Part shown: piece by piece, positions 9,773 through 19,263 of the stretch
Position numbering within the stretch: position 1 is the first letter of the stretch
Layout: every line of letters starts with the position of its first letter
Assembly: GCA_028716245.1 (NCBI GenBank)
Contig: JAQUQW010000002.1
Location: 8,947 to 72,946 of the forward strand
DNA: 64,000 nucleotides
Direction of reading: 5' to 3'
Source of the DNA: Candidatus Omnitrophota bacterium
Lineage (GTDB): Bacteria > Omnitrophota > Gorgyraeia > Gygaellales > Profunditerraquicolaceae
Made by a program: the position numbers and the translations under genes
The notes under the pieces: model-generated
Told to the model about the DNA's origin: nothing
The model's database searches: none
The model's input: only the letters and a program-made list of their open reading frames with translations

Positions 9773-11803
9773 CTAGCGCAATGTCAGGCCAAAACGCTCT
9801 TTCAATAAAGAGCAGATCTGGCCGTGTAAAGGATTGACCTCTTCTTCGGTCAGCGTGCGGTCATCCAGGCGGTAAATACAGGATACGGTCAGTCCTTTAA
9901 AACCTTGCGGTATTTGTTTGCCTTGATAATAATCCGTAACCTTGGCCTGCCGTAACAACGGGGCGCCTTTTGCCTCGATTGCCGAAAGCAGGGCCGCGAC
10001 CGAGATTTCATTTTTAATCACAAAACTGATGTCCCTGGTAATTGCCGGGAATTTGGGAATATTGGAAAATTTTTTTTCTAAATTTATATGGCCGAATAAT
10101 TTTTCTAAACTAAGCTCGGCCAAAATAACCCGCCTGTTTTTAATGTCAAAAGCATCCAGGGCTTGCCGGCTTAGCTCCAGCATAAAACCCGCAACTTCTG
10201 AACCAAGGACAATATTTATTTTATGCTCATCCTGGCGGATAAAATCAAAATTCCTGACTCCCAGCCGGTTAAACAAGGCCTCTAATATGCCTTTTAAATG
10301 CAAAAGGGTTAGCTCATCTTTAATCAATCCCTGTTTAATCAGGAAGGAATTAATTCCGCATAAGGCTATACCCAAACAAGGTTCTTCCCGGACGGAATCA
10401 GCTTCCGCGGAAAATACATCGGCTGTCTCAAAAATTTTTATAATCTCCTGCTGCTGGTCTAAATTATGCGCCAGGCAGCGGATAAGGCTGGGTAAAAGAG
10501 TCAAACGCAGGACTTCCTGCTCTTTGCTTAAAGGGTTTAAAATTTCAAGCAAATTTCTGCCGGTATTGATTCCGGATTTGCTAAGCAGGGCCCGGTCAAC
10601 CAGGCTGTAAGTAATTACTTCGCGTAAACCCAAACCGCTTAATATATTCTTTACTGCGCAGGAAACATCTCTTTTATCGGTAATATTCTGGCCCGGCCTG
10701 ATCGCCGGAATGGTCTGGGGAATTTTTGCATATCCATAAATCCGGGCAATCTCCTCAACCAAATCTACCGGCTCCTTAAGGTCCTGGCGAAAACCGGGGA
10801 TCTTTACAATCAGGATATTTTTGGTTTTGGCTTTTACCTCCAACCCTAACCGGCTTAAGATTTGCTTAATCTTAATCACGGGGATAGCCGGGCCCAACAC
10901 TTTATTGACATAAGCCGCATCCAGGCTAATTACGCGATTGGGCAACTTAAGCGCCCCTATGCTTTTGTAGGTACAAGGCTTACCAAAGGCTAGTTTTAAG
11001 ATTAACTCTTGCGCGGCTAAAGAAGCAGTTTTGGCAGTTTCTAAATCCACTCCTCTTTCAAATCGATAAGCGGATTCGGACTGTAAACCCAGTTTTTGTT
11101 TTCCCCGGCGCACAAGTATAGGGTTAAATACCGCAGATTCAAGTAAGATATTGCGCGTCTTAAAAGTTACTTCGGTTTCTTTGCCTCCCATAATCCCGGC
11201 GATAGCCACCGGCTTATCTTTATCGGCAATCACTAAAATTTCCGGGCCCAATATTTTTTGTTGTCCATCGATCGTAACAATTTTTTCACCGGTTTTCCCC
11301 CGACGCACATTAATCTCTTTTTGGTTTAGAACATCCAAGTCAAAAGCATGCAGGGGATGCCCGGTTTCAAATAAAATGTAATTGGTAATATCCACAATAT
11401 TGTTGACGCTGCGGCAGCCAAGAGATTCTAATCTTTGCTTAAGCCAGGCAGGAGACGACCCGACTTTAACATCGCAAATTACTCTGGCGCTGTAAAACGG
11501 GCAGTCTTTTTTATCACTAACCGAAATTTTTACCGGCAGGCAATCCTTAGCCTTTATTTTTGTCTCTTTTAGTTTGACTGTCTTAAGTTTTAAGCCGCAA
11601 ATCGCGCCAACCTCCCGGGCAATCCCTAAAACGCTGAGCCAGTCCGGACGGTTTGAGGTTATTTCAATTTCAAAGATTCTATCTTTGCCCGCCTCTTCCA
11701 GGGAAACTACTTCTAAGCCTGCCATGGTCAGCTTCTCCGCCAACTGAACAGGCGCAATTTTTAAATCCACAAAATCTTTTAGCCAGCTATAAGTAACTTT
11801 CAT
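9773..11803 (-). CDS. pheT: phenylalanine--tRNA ligase beta subunit (short form)
   Basis: 676 aa. MKVTYSWLKDFV start, B3/B4 NRPDWLS motif, B5 and catalytic-like and C-terminal domains. The NRPD motif arrives about 45 residues after the N-terminus, so the OB-fold tRNA_bind domain appears absent. Confidence 0.85.
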   Translation of the reverse strand: MKVTYSWLKDFVDLKIAPVQLAEKLTMAGLEVVSLEEAGKDRIFEIEITSNRPDWLSVLGIAREVGAICGLKLKTVKLKETKIKAKDCLPVKISVSDKKDCPFYSARVICDVKVGSSPAWLKQRLESLGCRSVNNIVDITNYILFETGHPLHAFDLDVLNQKEINVRRGKTGEKIVTIDGQQKILGPEILVIADKDKPVAIAGIMGGKETEVTFKTRNILLESAVFNPILVRRGKQKLGLQSESAYRFERGVDLETAKTASLAAQELILKLAFGKPCTYKSIGALKLPNRVISLDAAYVNKVLGPAIPVIKIKQILSRLGLEVKAKTKNILIVKIPGFRQDLKEPVDLVEEIARIYGYAKIPQTIPAIRPGQNITDKRDVSCAVKNILSGLGLREVITYSLVDRALLSKSGINTGRNLLEILNPLSKEQEVLRLTLLPSLIRCLAHNLDQQQEIIKIFETADVFSAEADSVREEPCLGIALCGINSFLIKQGLIKDELTLLHLKGILEALFNRLGVRNFDFIRQDEHKINIVLGSEVAGFMLELSRQALDAFDIKNRRVILAELSLEKLFGHINLEKKFSNIPKFPAITRDISFVIKNEISVAALLSAIEAKGAPLLRQAKVTDYYQGKQIPQGFKGLTVSCIYRLDDRTLTEEEVNPLHGQICSLLKERFGLTLR

Positions 11804-11806
11804 CGT

Positions 11807-12841
11807 TTAAAATTGCTTTAAGAACCTTAAATCGTTTTCAAAAAATAACCTTATATCATTGATACCGTATTTTAACATGGCGATTCTTTCCACTCCCATA
11901 CCAAAAGCAAACCCCGTATATTTTTTGGGATTATAGCCCACCTGCTTAAAGACATTCGGATGGATCATACCTGCTCCCAAAATCTCCAGCCACCCTTTCC
12001 TGCCGCAGACAGAACACCCCTTGCCCTTACAGATAATACAAGAGATGTCTACCTCTGCCGAGGGTTCGGTAAAAGGGAAAAAGTGGGGCCGAAAGCGCAT
12101 TTTGATATCCGGCCCAAAAACGCTCTTTACAAAAAGTCCCAAAATCCCTTTTAAATCGGAAAACTTTATATTTTCATCAACCAGAAACCCTTCGATCTGA
12201 TGGAACATAAAAAGGTGGCTGGCATCCACCGCGTCCGGCCGGTAGACTCTTCCGGGGACAATGACGGCTAACGGCGGTCTATGCGCCTTCATCACGCGTA
12301 CCTGCACCGGAGAGGTATGGCTGCGCAAGAGAAGCTTGGAATAATTTTTCAGGTAAAAAGTGTCAAAAGCGTCGCGTGAAGGATGTTCTAATGGGATGTT
12401 TAATCCGGTAAAATTATTATATTCGGTTTCAATTTCCGGGCCCTGGACAACCGAAAAACCCATACGGGTAAATATAGAGCAAATTTCATCGATAATCCGG
12501 GTAATCGGGTGGATACCGCCCAACTCCTGGGCAATCCCGGGCATCCCCAGGTCTAAATTTTCTTTGTTTAAAACACTACCGCTATTTTTTAAAACCTTTT
12601 CTCTTTCTTCAATAAGGTTTGAGAGTTTGTTTTTTAAAGCGTTGACCTCTTTACCAAAAGCTCCGCGTTGTTCAACCGGAAGGCTGGGTATTGAACCAGT
12701 CAGCTCTGCCAACAACCCCTTCCTGCCCAGGTATTTGACCCGTACCTCTTCTAAGGCAGAGGCGGTAGTAATGGCGGCTAAATCACTTTCTATTTGCGTT
12801 TGAATAAGGTTAATATCCATATTAAAAATAGCGCTCCGCAT
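11807..12841 (-). CDS. pheS: phenylalanine--tRNA ligase alpha subunit
   Basis: 344 aa. Class II aaRS motifs (FRPHFFPFTEPS, GFAFGMGVERIAM). Start may be the internal Met at 12820. Confidence 0.9.
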   Translation of the reverse strand: MRSAIFNMDINLIQTQIESDLAAITTASALEEVRVKYLGRKGLLAELTGSIPSLPVEQRGAFGKEVNALKNKLSNLIEEREKVLKNSGSVLNKENLDLGMPGIAQELGGIHPITRIIDEICSIFTRMGFSVVQGPEIETEYNNFTGLNIPLEHPSRDAFDTFYLKNYSKLLLRSHTSPVQVRVMKAHRPPLAVIVPGRVYRPDAVDASHLFMFHQIEGFLVDENIKFSDLKGILGLFVKSVFGPDIKMRFRPHFFPFTEPSAEVDISCIICKGKGCSVCGRKGWLEILGAGMIHPNVFKQVGYNPKKYTGFAFGMGVERIAMLKYGINDIRLFFENDLRFLKQF

Positions 12842-13278
12842 AAAATAAGAATTAATTTTACTTTAAGAAAATCAGTTTTCTGATTAACCATCTTGCCGCC
12901 GGCCAGCTTACGTAATGTTTGAACATGGATATCCAAATCTCCGCCGTGTTCAAGGCAAGCGCGATGGAATATGCCGGTCACCTCCAAAGTATCTCCCCGG
13001 GATTTGTAGGTGCCCGTAAAGTTTATTTCTTTTGCTAAAATCCCGCTCATCCAGGCGCCGATGGCATTGTCGCCGTCATTTATATTTACCCAGGCAAATT
13101 CACCGCGGAACATTACATCGCCAATTACTTCACCGGAATAGGTAATTAACTTTCCATCATACTGCTTGGCATTTTTAAGCAGTTCACTGCTGCTTAAACC
13201 TTGGGAAAAAGCGGCCTGCGGGCCAAAAATCAAAATAAAAAGCAGGATTATTAAGAATGGCTTGAACTTGTTTTTCAT
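12790..13278 (-). CDS. small exported protein with C-terminal membrane anchor (unknown function)
   Basis: Signal peptide MKNKFKPFLIILLFILIFGPQAAFSQG, about 110-aa body, C-terminal hydrophobic helix LILILCGALFLIWILTL. Start chosen at the Met that gives a 4-nt overlap with the trkH stop. Confidence 0.45.
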   Translation of the reverse strand: MKNKFKPFLIILLFILIFGPQAAFSQGLSSSELLKNAKQYDGKLITYSGEVIGDVMFRGEFAWVNINDGDNAIGAWMSGILAKEINFTGTYKSRGDTLEVTGIFHRACLEHGGDLDIHVQTLRKLAGGKMVNQKTDFLKVKLILILCGALFLIWILTLFKRK

Positions 13279-14777
13279 TTTCCTTTTACTGCCGCTACCA
13301 GAAATCCAATTATGGCAAATACCGACATAAACTCCAAACGGCCTGCCCACATTTGTATAATATAAGTAATTTTTAGCGCTGCAGGCATAGTCGGGCTGGT
13401 AATCCCGCAGGATAATCCGACATTGGCTGCCGCCGATGTAGATTCAAAAAGTGATTCTAAAAAAGGGTAACCGTAACACATGCCTACCAGCGCTCCTAAG
13501 CCGTACAAAACAATGTAGGCCAAAGTAATCGTTAAGGCGCTCCTGACAATCTTGTCTTCCAAAAATATCTCTTTTATATGATGAAACTTTTCAATAACTA
13601 TCGCCTTCTCCGGCATAATGATCCTTTTTAAATCTTCTTTCAGGGCTTTACAAATAATTCCTACGCGTAACATTTTTATACCGCCGGCAGTAGAACAAAT
13701 ACAGCCTCCCAAAGCCATAGCGCAGATCAAACCGAATAAAGCCAGGTTCCCCCAGTCAGTAATAAACTGTTGGGCGTAGACCGTCATATAACCGGTGGTG
13801 GTATGGGCGGAAATCAACTGAAAAAATCCTTTACGGAATAAAGCAATTGCTTGAGGGTATACTCCCAACTGATTCAAACCAATAGCTACAATAAAGAATG
13901 TCAGCATGATGCTGATAAAAAATGTCCGGCTTTCAATATTCTTGAATGTCTCTTTGCGGTTGCCCATCCACAATTGATAATGAAAATTGAAGTTTAGCGA
14001 ACCGACAATCATGATGACGATGGTTATTATTTCAAAGATTAAACTGTGATAATAAAGTATATTCTGGGATTGCGGGGCAAAACCGGCGGTATCAAAACCT
14101 GCCATAAAAATACAGGCTCCATGGAAAAATGCATTTACCGGTCTTAGCCCGATGCAGATACCGGCTATGCCCAAAGCAAGGGTGCCAATGATCAAATAGG
14201 TTATGCTGATTAACCAGATAAACCGGGCAGTATGTACAACGTTGGGGAGTAACCGCTCATCCCTACCCTCGCCTACATACATCTTAAAGGCGCCACTTGT
14301 TCCTTTTAGTAAAAACGAAAGGGCGATAATGGCAATCCCCTGGCCTCCGATAAACGGCCCCAAGTGCCTCCAGAGATTATGCGCGTAAGAAAGATGGTCT
14401 AGGTTTTGCGCTAAGCTCAAGCCCGTGGTAGTAAAACCGGACATGGTCTCAAAACAGGCATCGAGAAATGATTTATAATGGCCGCTTAGATAAAGGGGGA
14501 CCGCACTTAGAATCATGGCGGCAATCCAGGAAAGGCTGACCACAATCATCCCCTGCATCCAATTTAAATCCTTGTCCGTGCGGCATAATCTAGTAAACAG
14601 CAGGCCGATGATAACGGTAACCTCAACAGCAATGGCAAAATCTAAAGTGGGGTTTATCTCTCCAAAAGATAATCCGATTAAGATCGGAATAAACATGGTT
14701 ATCGCCAGGCCTAAAATGATTTTGCCAAGATAAAAACCGATAATCTTTAGATCTTCCAGACGGGGTTTAAGAATCAT
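13275..14777 (-). CDS. trkH: TrkH/KtrB-family potassium uptake transporter
   Basis: 500 aa, polytopic. Repeated selectivity-filter-like GFTTTG / TTTGY / GGxxxSTAGG segments. Confidence 0.85.
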   Translation of the reverse strand: MILKPRLEDLKIIGFYLGKIILGLAITMFIPILIGLSFGEINPTLDFAIAVEVTVIIGLLFTRLCRTDKDLNWMQGMIVVSLSWIAAMILSAVPLYLSGHYKSFLDACFETMSGFTTTGLSLAQNLDHLSYAHNLWRHLGPFIGGQGIAIIALSFLLKGTSGAFKMYVGEGRDERLLPNVVHTARFIWLISITYLIIGTLALGIAGICIGLRPVNAFFHGACIFMAGFDTAGFAPQSQNILYYHSLIFEIITIVIMIVGSLNFNFHYQLWMGNRKETFKNIESRTFFISIMLTFFIVAIGLNQLGVYPQAIALFRKGFFQLISAHTTTGYMTVYAQQFITDWGNLALFGLICAMALGGCICSTAGGIKMLRVGIICKALKEDLKRIIMPEKAIVIEKFHHIKEIFLEDKIVRSALTITLAYIVLYGLGALVGMCYGYPFLESLFESTSAAANVGLSCGITSPTMPAALKITYIIQMWAGRLEFMSVFAIIGFLVAAVKGK

Positions 14778-14894
14778 AGCTTAACCAGAAATATTAAACA
14801 AAACAAAAAAGCTGTTAAGGTTATAAACAGGGAGTATAAAATTTCCGTAGTTATGCCGAACATAATATTTAAGGCGGGCTTAAATCTCATTGTT

Positions 14895-15557
14895 TTAAAG
14901 CTTCCCGGCTAAAAGATTTAAAAGCTGCGGTTCGTTGCCGATCAAAGTCAGGGCGATAACATCATCCCCGGCTTTAAGCACAGTATCTCCTTTTGGAAGG
15001 ATTACCTCTTCTCCCCTGACAATAGAAACCAATACCGCGTCCTTGGGTAAATTAATATCTTTTAGCTGCTGATTAATAACCGGGGCGTCACTGGGAAGGT
15101 CAACGCGCACAATCGCCAGCTTGCCGCGTTTAAAACTCATTAGATTTACAAAGTCAGAGAAGGAGACTTCTTCTTCAATAATCTTGGCGATAATTTTGGT
15201 TGAGTCAACCGGAACATCAATGCCTAACTCGCTAAAAGTATGTTCATTATCGGGATTATTCACCCGGCCGACCGTACGCTGGATGCTAAATTTTTCTTTG
15301 GCCAACTGGCAAATAACCAGATTATCTTCATCATCGCCGGTCACTGCGGCCACCACATCAGCGCGTTGAATTCCGGCCTCCTCCAGTATTTTTGGGTCGC
15401 ACCCGTCGCCATTAACTACCAATATTTCAAGCTCTTTGGCGATCTCTTCGCAGATCTGACGGTCTTTGTCAATAATACTCACCGTGTGTTTGCCCTGATA
15501 AAGCCTCTTTGCCAAAAAATAACCTACTTTACCTGCCCCGACAATCAAAATATACAT
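14895..15557 (-). CDS. trkA: TrkA-family K+ transport regulatory protein (RCK N + C domains)
   Basis: 220 aa. Rossmann GxGxxG (IVGAGKVG) plus TrkA-C domain. Confidence 0.8.
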   Translation of the reverse strand: MYILIVGAGKVGYFLAKRLYQGKHTVSIIDKDRQICEEIAKELEILVVNGDGCDPKILEEAGIQRADVVAAVTGDDEDNLVICQLAKEKFSIQRTVGRVNNPDNEHTFSELGIDVPVDSTKIIAKIIEEEVSFSDFVNLMSFKRGKLAIVRVDLPSDAPVINQQLKDINLPKDAVLVSIVRGEEVILPKGDTVLKAGDDVIALTLIGNEPQLLNLLAGKL

Positions 15558-15559
15558 AA

Positions 15560-16213
15560 CTATTTTCCCTTCAGGTGAAACTTTTCCCGGACTTCTTTAA
15601 GGCTGGAGACCTTGACTACACCCATTAAGACATCTTTATCTTTTAAAACAGTTTTTGGCTCAGGGATAATAACCCCCTGCATCCTGCGCAGGGCAACCAC
15701 GATAAAATCTCCCGGGATATTTATATCTTGAATGGTTTTACCTACCAAACTATCCTTTACCTCAATTTCAATAACCCCTAAATCCTTGGATTCGATTAAA
15801 TAGCTGGAAAACCTGCTTTCAATAATCTTATCCCTAAGCATGGCGGAAAATAACATTGTTCCGCTGATAATATCCAAACCGAGGGCCGCGTAAATATGCG
15901 CGCGCTGCGGGTCATAAATGCGGGCAAAAACCTTGGGCACGCGGAAGATCTTTTTCGCTACCTGAGCGCTGATTAAATTAGTATTATCTCCGTTGGCTAC
16001 CGCGCAAAAAGCATCCGCCTTCTCAATCCCGACCTGCCTTAAAAGGGCTAAGTCAAAACCGTTGCCGACCATGGTCAGGCCATTAAAAGTATCCCCGAGG
16101 CGGTTAAAAGATTCCCGCGATTTATCGATAATCACCACGTCGTGGCCTTCCCCGGACAAAAGTTTAGCCAGCTCTGAGCCTACCCTGCCGCAGCCCACAA
16201 TGATTACATGCAT
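15560..16213 (-). CDS. trkA: second TrkA-family regulatory protein (RCK N + C)
   Basis: 217 aa. IIVGCGRVG Rossmann motif. Tandem paralogue of the preceding gene. Confidence 0.8.
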   Translation of the reverse strand: MHVIIVGCGRVGSELAKLLSGEGHDVVIIDKSRESFNRLGDTFNGLTMVGNGFDLALLRQVGIEKADAFCAVANGDNTNLISAQVAKKIFRVPKVFARIYDPQRAHIYAALGLDIISGTMLFSAMLRDKIIESRFSSYLIESKDLGVIEIEVKDSLVGKTIQDINIPGDFIVVALRRMQGVIIPEPKTVLKDKDVLMGVVKVSSLKEVREKFHLKGK

Positions 16214-16221
16214 AAGAACCT

Positions 16222-16569
16222 CTATTTCTTAACTATATCCACCAGCTTTTTAAAAGCGTGGTTATCCCTTACCGCTAAATCCGCCAGGATCTTACGATCC
16301 AGGTTAATTTTGGATTTCTTTAGCCCGCTCATAAATACGCTATAAGTAATCCCAACCTCCCTGCAAGCCGCGTTAATCCGCGCGATCCAGAGACTGCGAA
16401 TTTCCCGTTTTTTATTCCGGCGGTCCCGGTAAGCATATTTAAGCGCGTGCATCAGGACTCTTTTTGCCTGCTGATATTGTTTGCTGCGATCGCCCCAGAA
16501 TCCCTTAGCTTGCTTTAGAACCTTCTTTTTTCTTTTACGCGTTGCTACACTGTGTTTAGCCTTTGCCAT
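16222..16569 (-). CDS. rplT: 50S ribosomal protein L20
   Basis: 115 aa. [16 protein letters not shown]... canonical L20. Confidence 0.95.
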   Translation of the reverse strand: MAKAKHSVATRKRKKKVLKQAKGFWGDRSKQYQQAKRVLMHALKYAYRDRRNKKREIRSLWIARINAACREVGITYSVFMSGLKKSKINLDRKILADLAVRDNHAFKKLVDIVKK

Positions 16570-16587
16570 TATTTTCTCCTTTAAAAT

Positions 16588-16788
16588 CTATCCATACGGT
16601 AACATGGATTTAATAAACCTAACCTCTTTTTTACCGCTCAGCGTCCTGCGCCTCTTTAAATTCCTGATCTTTTTTGTTTTTTTAGATGAAGCCAGATGGC
16701 TTTTACCACCGGCTGAATATCTAACTTTGCCTCTCTTGCTAAGTTTAAAGCGTTTGGCTACTCCTCTTTTTGTTTTTAATTTTCCCAT
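16588..16788 (-). CDS. rpmI: 50S ribosomal protein L35
   Basis: 66 aa. MGKLKTKRGVAKRFKL... canonical L35. Confidence 0.9.
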   Translation of the reverse strand: MGKLKTKRGVAKRFKLSKRGKVRYSAGGKSHLASSKKTKKIRNLKRRRTLSGKKEVRFIKSMLPYG

Positions 16789-16808
16789 TTTATCTCCCTT
16801 ATTATACC

Positions 16809-17315
16809 TTATTTCGGGGCAATCACAAAAGACATAATTCTGCCTTCCAGTGATGGCGCCTTCTCTACCTGTCCATCGCCCTGTGTTGCTGCGATAAATT
16901 TATCTAAAACATTCCTTCCCAGATCCACATGCTCCATCTGCCTGCCGCGGAAGAAAAGGTTGACTCTGACTTTATCTTTTTTCTTCAAAAAACTTACCAC
17001 CTGCTTAACCTTGGTTTCGAAATCATGCTCATCGATATTGGGCTTAAGCCGGATTTCTTTTAAACGCCCCTGTTTTTGATGCTTTTTGGACTCGCGTTCC
17101 TTCTTCTCAAGGTCATATTTAAATTTACTGAATTCAATAATCCGGCAAACCGGCGGAGTAGCCGCGGGGGCAACCTCGACTAAATCCAGTTCGTGTTGAT
17201 TGGCAATCTCGATTGCCCTCTGCACCGACATTACTCCTAATTGGCCCCCATCATGGCCGATGACCCTGACCTGCGGGGAACTAATCCTGTCATTAATCCG
17301 AATGAACTTTTTTAT
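16809..17315 (-). CDS. infC: translation initiation factor IF-3, starting at a non-AUG (ATA) codon
   Basis: The ORF-track Met at 17231 is internal. Hand translation upstream gives IKKFIRINDRISSPQVRVIGHDGGQLGV-MSVQRAIEIA..., a typical IF3 N-domain. First plausible start is ATA at 17315-17313, preceded 5 nt upstream by AGAGAGG (SD-like) inside the thrS 3' end. Confidence 0.8.
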   Translation of the reverse strand: MKKFIRINDRISSPQVRVIGHDGGQLGVMSVQRAIEIANQHELDLVEVAPAATPPVCRIIEFSKFKYDLEKKERESKKHQKQGRLKEIRLKPNIDEHDFETKVKQVVSFLKKKDKVRVNLFFRGRQMEHVDLGRNVLDKFIAATQGDGQVEKAPSLEGRIMSFVIAPK

Positions 17316-17329
17316 AGCGTCCTCTCTTT

Positions 17330-19048
17330 CTATTTATGTTCCTGAATCCGGTTAATTAATTCCTCGATAAATTTATCTACTGCAACCGCTCCTTGCTGGC
17401 CGCTTCCTTTTTTGCGCACGCTTACCTGCTCCTGTTTTGCTTCACGCTCGCCGATAATTAAACAATAGGGAATTTTATTTAGTTCGGCTTCGCGGATTTT
17501 TTTATCCAGAGTTTCATTACGCGTATCCAGTTCAACGCGCAGATTATTGCCTTCCAGTTTGCTCTTTACCGTCTGGGTATAAGGAAGAACGGTTTCTTTA
17601 AGCGGAATTAATAAAACCTGGCAAGGGCTTAACCATAAAGGAAGCTCCCCCTTGTAATGTTCGATAAGGGCGCCGATAAAACGCTCTAAGCTGCCCAATA
17701 GAACACGGTGGAGCATGATCGGTTGTTTTTCTTTACCGTCGCTATCAATATAAGCTAAATCAAATCTTTTAGGCAGCGCAAAGTCGCATTGGATAGTCGC
17801 GCACTGCCAGGTCCTTTTCAATGCGTCTTTTAATTTTATATCAATCTTCGGGCCGTAAAACGCGCCGTCCCCCTGATTAATCTCATAAGCTATGCCTTTT
17901 TCTTTTAAAGCATCCTTTAAGGCTGCGGTGGCCTTCTGCCAGTCATCGTCTGAGCCAATATATTTTTCCGGCTGCGTGCTTAACTCCACACCCCACTCCT
18001 GGAAACCAAACACCTTCATTGTTTCAAAAACAAAATCGATAATCTTTTTAATCTCATCTCGAAGCTGCTCCGGCAAACAAAATATATGCGCGTCATCTTG
18101 AGTAAATCCGCGTACCCGCAATAGTCCGTGTAAAACTCCCGCTTTTTCCCGGCGATAAACCGTGCCCAATTCGAATAAACGGACGGGTAAATCTTTATAG
18201 CTCCTAGTTTTTGATTTATAAATCAAAATATGACCCGGACAATTCATCGGTTTTAAAACAAATTCTTTGCCTTCGGTAATAAAAGAATACATGTTTTCTT
18301 TGTAATACTCATAATGACCGCTGGTTTTCCAGAGGGCGGCATCCATAATATGCGGAGTAATTACTATCTGGTATCCGCGTTTTAAATGCTCTTTTTGCTC
18401 ATAATCCTCGATGATCGTACGCAAAAGTGCTCCCTTGGGATGATAAAAAACCAGGCCCGCCCCGGCCTGCTCGTGATAAATATCAAAGAACCCTAGCTGC
18501 GGCCCCAGTTTCCGGTGGTCGCGCAGTTTCGCTTCCTCTAAATTTTTTAAATACTCATCCAGCTCTTTTTGCGAATTAAAACAAGTGCCGTAAATCCTCT
18601 GCAGCATAGGATTGGTTTCAATCCCGTGCCAATAAGCCCCGGCTACCGAGAGCAGCTTAAAAGCCTTGATCTCTCCGGTAGATTTTAGATGCGGCCCGCG
18701 GCAAAGATCCAAAAAAGCTTGGCCGGTTTTATAAATAGAAACCGTCTGGCCCGCTAAATCCTGAATAAGCTGGACCTTATAATCTTCTTTTAGCTGTTTA
18801 AATAATTTGATTGCCTGGGCCTTATTTAATTCTTCGCGTAAAAAAGGGTCATTTTTTGCGATAATCTGGCGCATCTTCTTTTCAATCGCCAACAGATCCT
18901 CGTCGCTAAAAGGCTCCTGCTTATCAAAATCATAATAAAATCCGTCTTCAATTGCCGGGCCAATGGCTAATTTTACCTCTGGCCAAAGCTCCTTTACCGC
19001 CTGCGCCAGAACATGGGAACACGAATGCCTTAAAGTAGATAGATCCAT
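17330..19048 (-). CDS. thrS: threonine--tRNA ligase (lacks N-terminal TGS domain)
   Basis: 572 aa. Begins at the editing-domain HSCSHVLAQAV zinc motif. Class II catalytic core and C-terminal anticodon-binding domain present. Confidence 0.9.
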   Translation of the reverse strand: MDLSTLRHSCSHVLAQAVKELWPEVKLAIGPAIEDGFYYDFDKQEPFSDEDLLAIEKKMRQIIAKNDPFLREELNKAQAIKLFKQLKEDYKVQLIQDLAGQTVSIYKTGQAFLDLCRGPHLKSTGEIKAFKLLSVAGAYWHGIETNPMLQRIYGTCFNSQKELDEYLKNLEEAKLRDHRKLGPQLGFFDIYHEQAGAGLVFYHPKGALLRTIIEDYEQKEHLKRGYQIVITPHIMDAALWKTSGHYEYYKENMYSFITEGKEFVLKPMNCPGHILIYKSKTRSYKDLPVRLFELGTVYRREKAGVLHGLLRVRGFTQDDAHIFCLPEQLRDEIKKIIDFVFETMKVFGFQEWGVELSTQPEKYIGSDDDWQKATAALKDALKEKGIAYEINQGDGAFYGPKIDIKLKDALKRTWQCATIQCDFALPKRFDLAYIDSDGKEKQPIMLHRVLLGSLERFIGALIEHYKGELPLWLSPCQVLLIPLKETVLPYTQTVKSKLEGNNLRVELDTRNETLDKKIREAELNKIPYCLIIGEREAKQEQVSVRKKGSGQQGAVAVDKFIEELINRIQEHK

Positions 19049-19075
19049 ATTTTATACTTTATAAAAAAGTTTAAT

Positions 19076-19149
19076 TGGGCCCAAGTGGACTTGAACCACT
19101 GACCTTTGCGATGTCAACGCAACGCTCTAACCAACTGAGCTATGAGCCC
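19076..19149 (-). tRNA. tRNA-Val (anticodon GAC)
   Basis: Minus-strand read GGGCTCATAGCTCAGTTGGTTAGAGCGTTGCGTTGACATCGCAAAGGTCAGTGGTTCAAGTCCACTTGGGCCCA. Cloverleaf with 7-bp acceptor and anticodon loop TTGACAT. CCA not encoded. Confidence 0.85.
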
Positions 19150-19172
19150 CGGCACAATAATATTTTATTTAG

Positions 19173-19255
19173 TGGGCAAGAAGGGAGTCGGACCCTTACG
19201 ACCTTGCGGCCAACAGATTTTAAGTCTGTCGTGTATGCCATTCCACCACTTGCCC
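19173..19255 (-). tRNA. tRNA-Leu (anticodon TAA), long variable arm
   Basis: Minus-strand read GGGCAAGTGGTGGAATGGCATACACGACAGACTTAAAATCTGTTGGCCGCAAGGTCGTAAGGGTCCGACTCCCTTCTTGCCCA. Anticodon loop CTTAAAA, GNRA-capped variable arm. T-loop reads TCCGACT, i.e. C at position 55. Confidence 0.75.
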
Positions 19256-19263
19256 GAAATATT

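Noticed and set aside
9942-10610. 222-aa plus-strand ORF inside pheT
   Set aside because: Antisense to a confidently assigned aaRS subunit gene. No recognisable features.
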